64,000 bases of DNA from NCBI GenBank assembly GCA_963693365.1, contig CAVNZM010000001.1, positions 9,068,907-9,132,906 on the forward strand. Direction: 5' to 3'. The notes under the pieces were generated by a model. The model saw only the letters and a program-made list of their open reading frames with translations. It was not told the DNA's origin and ran no database searches. The position numbers were made by a program, and so were the translations under genes. The stretch is from Amoebidium appalachense (taxonomy: Eukaryota > Protista > Ichthyosporea). Each line of letters opens with the position of its first letter. Within the stretch, counting starts at the first letter, position 1. Positions 1 through 13,463 of this stretch are shown here, one piece after another.

Positions 1-458
1 TAAAATCCGAATTCCGATTTTGTGAAACAAGAATTATGAATCTTGGCCCTACTCCCCGTTGTTGTGTTGTATGTTATATGCCTTATGAGGAAAAGTAGAT
101 CTGTAGATATTCTGTTACTTATTATGAAAAGTTGTTTGTGCTTAGCAAGTTTTTTTACCATTATTCACGCACAAACCATTAGATGGTGGTGGTCCTTCAT
201 TCACCTGGATTTAGCGTAATGGCCCTGGCGGCAAGCTGTATGCAAGAATAAACTCATTTTAAACCTTAGCTCAAGCGCACGACCTGGTTATGAAAAAGTC
301 TTTGTATTCGTACATCTGCATGCATTTTAAATTTGTAGCCGTCCGTGCTTGCTTCCTTGTTTTACGATCCACACGTGTAGGGATGAGCATTGAGTGAAAG
401 AGCTAAGACGCCTACCTTCACAATAATCGTGCACTGTAAAGGTTGTGGTGTGTGCATG
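1..458 (+). repeat. Duplicated stop codon plus 3' flank of the small secreted-protein gene (copy A; paralogous CDS presumably upstream, outside the window)
   Basis: Position 1 TAAAATCCGAATTCCGATTTTGTGAAACAAGAATTATGAATCTTGGCCCTAC... is nearly identical to 7590 onward, where TAA is the stop of CDS 7089-7592. Similarity decays gradually to ~458 versus ~8040. Confidence 0.9.
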
Positions 459-743
459 TGTTTAAAAAGTAAGCCGCTGAAAGAATTATTTGCCCCCCCC
501 CCAGGCCCGCGATCTCTTCTCTATCCGACCTGCCCCCTCCCAACCTCCCCCCTCTTTCCTTCCCTATCTCTCCCCTTCTTCCCGGGGACAAAATACAAAT
601 AAATCCTGCAAAAGTGTGCGTGTGACTTTGGACTGCCACTTACTTGTTAGGCATGTACATAATCACAAAATAAATAATTACACAATAAGATACCACACGA
701 TACTAGACCCGATGAAGGCAGACACCTTGAAAAACTAAGCCTT

Positions 744-1368
<625 letters not shown>

Positions 1369-1490
1369 AACCACCCCCCTCACCCACAAGTACGCACTCA
1401 TTCCCCCCCCCCCGCCCCCCAACACAAACACCCCCCCCCCCTCCCCCCCCGGAGGCTCCTTCTCCCTACTCGCCCCCCTGCCCGCCCCCC

Positions 1491-1525
<35 letters not shown>

Positions 1526-1819
1526 CTCCCCCCCCCCCCCTCCCCCCCCCCCTCCCCGCCCATGGCTTGTTTTCTCTTCCATTCTTTTGCTCCTCCTCGC
1601 TACTGGCCCAATCACCCTCGAGACATTTAATTATGCGCCCGTTGGTTGGTGGGTTGGCTCACCACACGTTTACTGGGCCTAAGTGTGTACATGATTCAGC
1701 AGAATAGCTTTCGGATTCTCATAGCTTATGTAATAGAAATTCTCTTGATCTGAGTATAGTGAACAATTAAAGACCGCAGCCTAAATGCTAGCCCATCCTC
1801 TGCTCTTCAGGCAACTAAC

Positions 1820-2002
1820 TAGGGGTGAAATCGGCATGATAAGTTAATTACTCATGAGGGTGAATTTCGGCTGCAGCCAGCTAGAAAACGTTTCCAGACC
1901 CCCCTAACCACATGGACAAACTTAAACAATCGCAATTTTCATTTGTTTTTCAAAGTTTTTTTTTTTTTTTTTTTTGGTTTTTTTTTTTGTGTGTGTGTGT
2001 TT

Positions 2003-2060
<58 letters not shown>

Positions 2061-2837
2061 AGGGGGGATGGCTAGCCAGCTTTTCAACGTTTTGATGTGC
2101 TAGAATCTTAGATTTCGGGAAAATCCTGAATTCGGCCCAAGTACCCTTTTACTCTATATTCTTGACATGCGGCATTTCAGAACTTGAATTCGTATTGCGA
2201 CTCGCTAGGCGTGCAATATTCTGTGTCCCTCTCAAATATACAAGGCGAACAGCGTGAGCTTTCATACCTCAGAACTGAGTTCGTTAGTTATTGGTTGTAG
2301 CAGGTTTATGCTCTCATGTCATCTCTGAGTCTCTTTGTTAATGCCGTTTAAATTGAAAACCGTAGGCTAGGATTCAATGCCTTTAAATTTAGTGCTGTTC
2401 TACATTTGCTGCTGCCATAGAGCTAACCGTTCGTGGCCGTGATCTCAGTGTTGATTGCTTTTTCGTGGCCGTGATCTCAGTGTTGAGGGGTTGGATTTGA
2501 ATCATGTTGAGAAGGATGCGATAAAAACAGCACCTTTCGGATAGTAAAAACCCACTATTTCAACCAAAGATGATACAACAGCAAACTCTTCAGCAAATGA
2601 TAATACAGTTACTCGGCCTCAAGGCCGAATATAAGATTTATTACGTGGATTTCGGCCCTAGCCAGCTAGAATCTTAGCCCCAGACCCCCCTAGCCCACAA
2701 GGACAAGGAGAGAAGCCTTAAATTTCATATGTGCCATGCATACGGGGGCTAGACGGCTAGAATCTTAAATCTTCCAAAAAATCTAGCGATGGAATCTAAG
2801 CTTATTGACGGAAAATCTTATTATTAGTCCACCCCTG
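1820..2837. mobile_element. Possible hAT-like non-autonomous element relic
   Basis: Ends TAGGGGTG...CACCCCTG form a short imperfect inverted repeat. Internal degenerate direct repeat ~1862-1920 vs ~2647-2706, GCTAGAATCTTA x3, and tandem TTCGTGGCCGTGATCTCAGTGTTGA x2 (2430-2486). No TSD found. Confidence 0.35.
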
Positions 2838-3125
2838 TAAATATATGTGATAATGAACCTGAAAGGCTTAGTCACGGACAATACAGCTACATACCTGCCT
2901 CGAAAGGACAGTTTGCTTCCAAAATCAACGGTTACAGATTCCAATCCCCCCCCCCCCCCCCCTGCCCCTCCTCTCCCCTTCCCCCGCCTCCTCCCCACAA
3001 ACAGGAAGCGGCAATACCCGTCCCCCCCCCCCCCCCCCCCCCCCCCTCTTTCAGCGGTAGGTGCCAGTTGCACTGAGTTAAGGTTTGGTAAATGGAAAAA
3101 TGTGTGAGACACCCGGTGTGTGTGG

Positions 3126-3156
<31 letters not shown>

Positions 3157-3797
3157 GGGAGGGGGGGAGGGGAGGGGGGGGGGAGGGGGGGGGAAGGGGG
3201 TCCGGAACCAACTATTTAGACCGTGCTGACCGTGCACTCCCCCCTCCCCTCGCCTGCCCCAAAGGAAGCCCGAGTGGCAGAAGGGAAGCAAGAGGGGGGT
3301 GTGGAGAAAGGGGGAGGGGGGGGGGGTGAAACCCATGTAAATCATGATCGGGAGGGTGTTGGGTCCCCTCCTCCAAATCCCTAAGTTAGCAGTATGTCGG
3401 CCTGGCACAGTGGATCCCCTCCTCCGCACCCCCCCTCCCCCTCCCCGCCCCTCCCCCCCCCCACCACTTCACCTCCCCACCCACACACATACAAACACAC
3501 ACGCTCTCCTACTTTGTGGTGAAGTATGCCAGTGAGACTAACCACAATTCCGCTGATGCTGTAGTGGGTTTCCCTCGTCTCTCACTCTCACTCCCCCCTC
3601 CCCCTCTCCCTCCCCTCCCCCGCCCACCGCCCCTCCTTCCCCCTCTTCTCACCTCCCCCTCCCCCCCTCCCCCCCATCTCTCCCGCGCCTAACCCTGCCA
3701 GAGAGCTCTCTCTCATACACCCCTCCTGTACTCCTTTGAGAGACAGAGAGGGAGGGAGGGCGGCGGCGGCGGGGGGGGGGGGGGGGGGGGGGGGGGA

Positions 3798-4278
<481 letters not shown>

Positions 4279-4620
4279 TACAGTCGCGTGCTCAAATCAG
4301 GCAGGTACCGGTCATGATCAAAGCTACAGATACGTAGGGCCCCTTTTCCGCAATATTCGTTGTGGGACTGAGTTTATACGGCGAAGCCGATGCTAAATAC
4401 CCTCGTATCATCCTGATGATACCGTGGATACAATATCATGGTACAGCTATACAAGTAGGTCTGTGCGTGTCGCCGGCGCCAAAACATAACGAGACAGTTA
4501 TTGATGTTGGGTTGTGTGGTTGTTACCTCCCTCCCCCCTCCCCCCGCCCCCCCCCCCCCCCTCCCTGGCCCCCCCGCCTCACGCTTCCCCCCCCCCCCCC
4601 CCTGGCCCCCCGCCTCATAG

Positions 4621-4651
<31 letters not shown>

Positions 4652-5373
4652 CCTGCAGTTGCCGGATCTGCCAAATGTTATGACCCTTTTCCCTTTCATT
4701 TGACCCCCCCCCCCCCCCCCCCCCCCCCCTTTCTTGCCCCCCTCGACCTGAATTGGCACCCCCCCCCCCCCCCCCCCCGAAATGTTCCCGAACATTGCTC
4801 ACAAGTCGGTACTGCAATTATATTATTCTCAGTTTAATTCAAAGCACTCCCCCCCCCCCCCCCTCCCCCCCCCCCCCCTCCCCCCCCCCCCCCCCCCCCC
4901 CCCCCCGGCCCTCTTCCCATTCCCTGCCCCCCAAAAACATTTTTTTATGTTTTTCATCCTCAGCGACTGAAATCATGGCACCCGTGTTTTCTAGATATAT
5001 TTCCTTTCATTGTGTTCAACGTCTGTGGGTGTGTGTGTGTGTGTGCACGTTTGTGTGTGTGTGAATGTGTGTGTGGGCCAAGTGAAGGTTGTATGCGTTT
5101 TTGTCTTCTTAGTTGTTTTTGTATTCTATTCGATTATTACTTTGTGTGTACATGTGGGAAAAAAACAAATAAAAAAAATTTACCAATGACCACCGCCCAG
5201 CTTGAATCACCCTAGCTCTAGTGTAAAAAAATAATCATTATCAGCCACAAACCTTTCTGGTACACTCGCCCTAAATGTCATATTCACATTACTGAGTTGA
5301 TTTAGTTGTGTTTTTTACTCTATTTTTTTTCAACAACTGTCTGCCTATAGCTATTAAAACATTAAAATGTACA

Positions 5374-5485
<112 letters not shown>

Positions 5486-6903
5486 GAATTTACCGTCCTC
5501 ATCCCCGTGTCCCCTTAAACCGGTGTTAGCAGACCTTTGAGGTTTTTGTGTTTGGATTGGTAGATCTTTTACATTAATATTTTCAAAATGTCGTTGTACC
5601 AATGATATAGTACTTGGGGTTTACACACTTTTTATTGCGCGTGGACACTGCCGGAGGCCCAGCCACATTCGACGGCCTACTGCGTTTTCCAGCACAGCCA
5701 ATCAAATGCAGCCAGTGACATATGTACATGCTAGGCAACAATGAGCGCCATCGTAGTATCTGACACCCCTATTACATATTATGGGTAAGCAGAGGCTAGC
5801 ATCGGTGTAAAAAAAATGTCGCCCAATTTCTCTAAAAAAAGTGCGTTCCATTCTGGGTTAGGAACGAAAACCGTTTTGATACGGGAATCACCTGATCTCT
5901 CCCGTCATTCAGCCCAGCGTGTTCACAGTAGACTCCGAAACCGCTGGTTTTTTTCTTTTTATTTCAAAGCCCTGAGTACGTATATCCTCTCGGGCCCAAC
6001 TTTAGGGCACTATATTTCAATTTTCTCATTATCAAATATATAGTTATTTTAGGCTTTTTCATTAGTATTTCAAGAATATTTAGCGATTTTGATGTAATAA
6101 AAACAACTAAGCAACGTTTCGATGGTTTTTGATGCCTCACAAAATGGCCTTTGGTCCCCTCCAAATACCGGATTTGAGGTCCGGCAAACAACGCAATATA
6201 TATATAGATAATGCAGCGTTGCTTTTTGAAAAGTAAAGGGCCTCGAAAGCGAGCGGGCGGAATGAACATTAATGTATTCTACATAAAACCGCACTTTCCA
6301 ACACAAGCAGTGTCTTATTCTTGCTCGAAAAATTGTTGTTTCTCAATATAGAGCAAAAGAAACTTTGAATTGAATATCATGTGTGTTTTTTGTATATTTA
6401 GACAAATAGTGCGTATCTGACTTGGCGAGTGCGAGACTCGAGACTAGTCGAGTGCCTGAAAAGTTCGAGACAAGCAAAGTGCTGAATAGATCTGATTGCT
6501 GAACAGTGATTGGTTCATAACGATTCATATTCAAATATAATTTGCATGAGCCAATCGATAAGTAGGCCAAAACTTTTCAAGCAACAAAAATCGGCCATGG
6601 GGGGCTCTATACGATTAGCTTTTATTCAAATTTTCTTCAGAAAACTTAGGCTCTGTTATGATACGTTTTTATACACTGTAAGTGGCGAACAATAACTTTT
6701 TGCAGCAAAGACCGTGGAAGGTTAGCTAATTATAATAATATCTATTCTTAGTTCTCTTATAAGAGCCTACCGAGACGAAGAAAGGTGAAACATCTACTAG
6801 AAACTGCCTTGACCAGTGCCACTGCAATGTCTTTTTTCGCTATAGCTAACCCCAAATAGAATAGTAAACATTCCGGCGCTGGGGATTTAGTTATTTCAAT
6901 ATT

Positions 6904-7012
6904 CAGCCAATCACAATCAGCAATAATGAAGTGTGAGGGTCCATTTTTATTGGCAGTTCCAATCATCAAGCAAGTATAAAACCTTGCAGTAGTGCCATCA
7001 CAGATTCAGTTT
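6904..7012 (+). promoter_or_regulatory. Putative Pol II promoter: CCAAT boxes, TATA box, Inr-like element
   Basis: CAGCCAATCA (6904), ATTGG (6949), CCAATCA (6959), TATAAAA (6975-6981) and TCAGTT ~30 nt further on, ~80 nt before ATG 7089. Confidence 0.6.
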
Positions 7013-7088
7013 TACAGCTGCAGCGAAGCAAAGAAACAGACGCGTTTCCTAACTTTCAAAAGTTACTGTTTTCTTCAAACGCGCTAAA

Positions 7089-7592
7089 ATGCAGTTGACC
7101 GCCATCGCCGCCGCCGCCCTCGCCTGCGCCTCCAGCGCCGAAGCTGTCGGCAACTGGGGATGGGGCCCCGCCGCGAACTGCCCTGCCGGCACCGTGGCGG
7201 CATGGTGGGGGTGGGGTGGCTGCGTCAGTGCCACTGCCGTTAACAACAACAACTGCCCCCAGGGCCAGGCCTGGTGGTGGTGGGGCTGCGGTGCCACCAA
7301 CTGCCCCCCGGGCACCGAGTTCCGTGATTGGCGCACCGGGTGCGTTGTCCGCCCTGCGTGCGGCGCGGGTACCACATGGGGGGGTTGGGCCAATGGTTGT
7401 GTGAGGACCACCACTACTACCCGCGTTGCTTCTCGCCCTGCTCCGGCTCCTGCGGCTGTTAATGTGGGGACTCAGCCCGGTCGCGTCGCGGTTAACGTCG
7501 TCGCCCCTGGGCCGGCCGCCGCTGATAACGTGGATATTGTGGATGGCTCCGCGGATGTGGTTGACGGAGAGGTGGTGGACGGAACGGCTTAA
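7089..7592 (+). CDS. Small secreted Cys/Trp/Gly-rich repeat protein (167 aa, intronless); candidate cell-wall or carbohydrate-binding protein
   Basis: GC-rich, coding-like ORF with AAAATG context. Signal peptide MQLTAIAAAALACASSAEA; four C-(P/G)-x-G-x(n)-W..G-C modules; Thr run, Pro/Ala linker, acidic VDG-repeat tail; upstream TATA/CCAAT; duplicated 3' flank. Confidence 0.88.
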   Translation: MQLTAIAAAALACASSAEAVGNWGWGPAANCPAGTVAAWWGWGGCVSATAVNNNNCPQGQAWWWWGCGATNCPPGTEFRDWRTGCVVRPACGAGTTWGGWANGCVRTTTTTRVASRPAPAPAAVNVGTQPGRVAVNVVAPGPAAADNVDIVDGSADVVDGEVVDGTA

Positions 7593-8040
7593 AATCCGAA
7601 TTCCGATTTTGTGAAACAAGAATTATGAATCTTGGCCCTACTCCCCGTTGTTGTGTTGTATGTTATATGCCTTATGAGGTAAAGTAGATCTGTAGATATT
7701 CTGTCACTTATTATGAAAAGTTGTTTGTGCTTCGCACGTTTTTTTACCATTGTTCACGCACAAACCATTAGATGGTGGTGGTCTTCATTCACCTGGATTT
7801 AGCGCAATTGGCCCTGGCGGCACGCTGTATCCAAGAATAAATTCATTTTATACCTCTCAAGCGCACGACCTGGTTATGAAAAAGTCTTTGTATTCGTACA
7901 TCTGCATGCATTTTTGTAGCTGTCCCGGCGGTGCTTCTTTCCTTGTTCATTTAACGAGTGTCAGGGTTGAGGATTGAGTGAAAGACCCAAAACAACCGAC
8001 CTTCATAATAATCGTGCACTTTAAATGGTGTGGTGTGTGT
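7590..8040 (+). repeat. Duplicated stop codon plus 3' flank (copy B; matches 1-458)
   Basis: Direct alignment by eye with the window start. Confidence 0.9.
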
Positions 8041-8775
8041 GTGTGTGTGTGCGCGCGCGTGTATGCTAAATGGTGTGGTGTGTGTGTGTGTGTGTGTGTG
8101 CGTGCGCGTGTATGCGTGTGTGTACGCTTTTTATATTCTATTTTATTGTTGGGAGGGGGGGTTGGAGAATTGTTTTTTTTTTTTTTTTTTTTTTTGGGAG
8201 GGGGGGTGGGGGGGGGGGTTGGGATAACCTGCTTGTGCCATGGCTGGAAAGGTCAGTTTATTATTGGCTAGCTAATCCGGATCAGGATATCTCTCCAAAA
8301 CCGTTCAGACACGCGACTATAACTAAAATATGAGGCTTACAGTAGACAGTATATCGTGGTAAAATACGACCACAACCATCAATAGATGTTGTCTTTAGAT
8401 ATGCCATTGGCTTTAACTACCAATATCAATGTTTGCAAGAGGATAAAGTGTAGAGGGGGGAGGGGACGGGGGGTGATGGGGACGAGTGGGGTTGCAATTG
8501 AGAGGGATGAGGTGCCAGGGAGGGGGCAACTCAAATAGACTGGCAGTTGGAGGGTACAAGTTCATATCGGGGAAGAATGGCCTGTCGGGATGATAGCAGG
8601 CTTACTGGTGCTCGAATTTCATTCAAAATTAAACTTCTCAGCTATACCTATGTAGTGAAGTGTGGTTTCCTTAGGAGTTCCAGTGTCATTGTTGCCCAAC
8701 GCGCTCTCCACACCCCATTACTACACACACGCATTCATGCGCACGCGCGTGCACACACATACACACACACACACA

Positions 8776-8854
<79 letters not shown>

Positions 8855-8909
8855 GCACGCACGCACACACACGCACACGCGCGCGCCCACACACGTGCGC
8901 GCGCGCACG

Positions 8910-8987
<78 letters not shown>

Positions 8988-9151
8988 CACACACACACAC
9001 ACACACTTTCCCTTGGGAGCCTCGTGTCTTCCATATAAACACTATACAGTGGTACCTGTACAGGTGCACTACAACCTTTTTTCTGCATATGCCAATTTTT
9101 TCTCTTTCTTTTGAAGAATTTCCATCCATTTTTTTTGGCTTCGTAATGATG

Positions 9152-9950
9152 AGGGATTCTTGATTTTGAAACGGGGAGGGGGTATAGTAGTAACTTTTGG
9201 CGGGGGGGAGGGGGAGGTGTGGGGGGAGGGGGGACCCACCCACCCCTCCGGCAGCAGTGGGGAGGCGGGGGGATGGGGACCCACCAACCACGTGATTAGG
9301 GGGGGGGGGGGGGGGGGGGAGGGGGACCCACCCACCCCCCGGAAGCTGCCATCATTTGACTATATATATATCAGATAACCTGCTGATATCATAATAGTAC
9401 TACAATCACTGGGGTTTACATACATTGCCATTGCCAAAACACAAACATTGAGGCTAACTAAAAGAAGACTTAGTCGTTGATCACCTGAAATTCGGGCTAT
9501 ATGCCGTACGGTCATATGCTCGGGAGTCTCCAGACTCATCCGGCCCCCCCTCCCCCCCCTCCGTTCCCCCCCTCCCCCTGTCACCCTCGGCCCCACCCCC
9601 CACCCCCCTCCCCCCGGGACCCTGCCCCCTCCCCCCCCCCCCCCCCCTTCCTCTCCCACTCGTCTCCAGTTTCCCCACCGTGCACGCGCACACACACACA
9701 CACTTTCACACGTATTTAATTAACACGTACTTGCACACGCATGTACCACTCATGCACACGAGGCGCACAAGCTTTGACCAGCGATGAGCACCCGACATAC
9801 GCATGAACGTGCAGATGCATTCACCCACACCAAACACACACAAACATTCCCCGCCACACGCTGGCAGATATGCACACCAACACCTTACAGTGCACACATG
9901 ATAACCTTGCCCACAATTATCCATAATTTGGAAAAAAGTTCAAACCGTTG

Positions 9951-10013
<63 letters not shown>

Positions 10014-10431
10014 ACGTGTGTGTGTGTGTAGGGGGGGGGGGGGTATGTTGTGTGTAGGTGTGCGTGTGTGCGTGCGCGTGTGCACGTGCATTTACTTGTG
10101 TAAATGAGTAGCGTGAGTGAGGGGTGGGTGTGTGTGTGTGTGGAAGGGGGGGGGGGGGGGGGTTTGAATCAGATCATGAGTGGGGCGGGCCGGAGGGGGA
10201 AGGGGGAAGGGGGAGAGTGGGAGAGGGGATTAAGAAAATGGTATAGAGCATATTATAGTGCATTTGGCAGAAGACGGTGACCGGCACAAACGGATGGGAA
10301 GTGTGTGTGTGTGTGTGCGTGTATGGACGCCCAGGCGTGTGGGTGTGGGTGTTTGTGTGTTTTGTGTGTGTGTGTATGTGTGTGTGGCGCGCGCGCGCGT
10401 GTATGTGGGTGTTTGTGTGCTTTGTGTGTGT

Positions 10432-10471
<40 letters not shown>

Positions 10472-10690
10472 AGGTTTTTTTTTCACCGGGAAATTTTTGC
10501 ACTGGAGGTAATACATAATAGAGTTATCGTGTCAATGGGGTTTGTACTGAATGTTAACTCAGTGCCCATCATTGGTCATTTTAGCACTCAAAAATGAATA
10601 ACACGTTTCTGGTAGTTGGTTTCGTTAAGCTTCTGGAATTTTTTGGGCAGCCAAAGAACAGCTTTTGTCCCCCTAAACTCCCAGTTACGG

Positions 10691-10735
<45 letters not shown>

Positions 10736-11340
10736 TTTATGTACGTGGAAGCTGGAGTCTTTTTGTGAAAATTTCAGCATAGAGCTGAAATTTTAAAGAG
10801 AAGCACATAACCCAGAACAGAGCTTCAATTCGAACAATGTTAGATAGCCTTTTTCTATACAGTCTAGGGAGACGATTTAGTGTAAAAATTTCCCGGTGCA
10901 AAAATTTCTTGTGACCGCGGGGGGGGGGGGGGGGGGGGGGGGGGGATATGCATCAGTGGCCAAAACGGAGGCAATTCCTCCGAAAGAGAAGGGGGAGAGA
11001 AAAAAAGAAAGAAAGAACAAAAAAATGACGAATACAACCTTTGGTGGGTGCGAAAGAGACTATGATGACACACATGGCCATATTAATCACGCGCATGCCC
11101 CCCCCCCCCCCCCCCCCCCCCCCGGGGGGCAACATCCCCCTCGGCTAAGTGGGTCCCTTCCCCCCCCGGAGGGGGCGGGGGGGGGGGGGGGGGGGGGGGG
11201 GGGGAACCACCCACCCTTGCGGCTACCTTGGGGAGGGGGTTCCCCCTCCCGGAGGGGGGGGGAGGGATTCGACCGGTACCACCAGGGGAGACGTCGATAT
11301 TTACTACTCCCCCCACTCCCATTTCAAATTCAAAATCCCT
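9152..11340. mobile_element. Possible foldback/MITE-like element bounded by ~40-bp degenerate inverted repeats
   Basis: 9152-9193 AGGGATTCTTGATTTTGAAACGGGGAGGGGGTATAGTAGTAA versus the reverse complement of 11301-11340, AGGGATTTTGAATTTGAAATGGGAGTGGGGGGAGTAGTAA. GGACCCAC-type motifs recur subterminally. No TSD. Confidence 0.4.
10484..10898. mobile_element. MITE-like 415-bp segment with 20-bp terminal inverted repeats (CAC...GTG ends)
   Basis: CACCGGGAAATTTTTGCACT (10484-10503) vs AGTGTAAAAATTTCCCGGTG (10879-10898): 19/20 inverted match. No clear TSD. Confidence 0.45.
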
Positions 11341-11645
11341 AAGACATAATCAGCAGAATATCAGGTACTTGGAGGGGAGGGGGGGGGGGGGACTCGGAAA
11401 GGGGGAGCTCGGGACGGAGGACCACCTTTTGCAACACCCAGGCAAGCCACTGTGTAGAGAAAACTGTGTGAGTGCATGTATGTACTCGCCGTTTGTTCGA
11501 AACCGAGCGCAGGGTGTCTTGTGTGTATCTTGACGTATGTTTTTATTTCTTGACCCAAAGACATAGGAGTTCAAATTTGGGTTTTACGGTGTTTGATCGA
11601 AGCACAGAGACTCTTGGTACGATTCGAAGCGTTGTGGCAGAGACG

Positions 11646-12540
<895 letters not shown>

Positions 12541-13463
12541 CCTGATGCAGACGCAAGTGCTAAGCGCTAGCCCGCCTGCGGGCTTTTCCCGGGCCGCCTC
12601 GCCACTCGCCAGCCTGCCGGCATGCACATTGTGGTTTTTGGGGGATTTGACGCCAGATCTCCGTGCAAGCCGCAGTGACCGCGCGCTCACGTTTTTCAAC
12701 AGCGTGCACGTGTGTGTCAGGCCGAGCAAGGGCTTCTTAGAACTAATCTGTAATTGTAACGTTTTTTATGATAACAACATTTGTATGGTAATCAGGTGCA
12801 GGCATAATGTTGTGCACATAGAATGGGTTTACTGAAGGAAATATGTTGAAGCGAGCCTCGCGGTTTGGTTTAGTTCGGGGTGCTACCGTACTGCTTCACA
12901 GCTGCAGAGAACTTTTGGTTCTAAATTCCTTACATTCCTCGCACGTTCCTCGATCTCAAATAACGCACTCCTATTGGACATTGTCTCAAAACAAAGCTAT
13001 ACTTGCTTCCGATTGGATTTTAATAAATTAATTGAATTCGATCTAAAGGCGTATCAAGCAAATGATTGGTGGATAGTTAACACTTCGGAAGTCGCCGTGT
13101 CTATATATAGGGGCCCCTCTGTTTCTTTCATTTTTCTGGGTTGGCACTCCGAAGAATTGGACAACAATTAATGTGTTCGATCTCTTAATACATATACATG
13201 TGACGTGACAAACAGGCTACAGAGTTAGCAAACAACTAATTTATAGTTGTCAGCACACATAAGGCAAGCGTTGTTGGAAAAATTCGAAAGGAGCCACGTT
13301 TGAATCACCAGAATCTAGACACTCTAGTGTTGTTTTTATTTCGTTTTCCCCAGCATATGGATTAGCACAGACACATAGTCTGCTAAGAGTCGAATTTAAA
13401 ACTTGGTAGTTAGGGTATTCATTGCCACAGCATATATAATACTTCACAGCAGGCCAACTGAAA

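Noticed and set aside
7049-7619. Minus-strand ORFs of 121 and 187 aa
   Set aside because: Antisense shadows of the GC-rich + strand CDS, which has the signal peptide and promoter.
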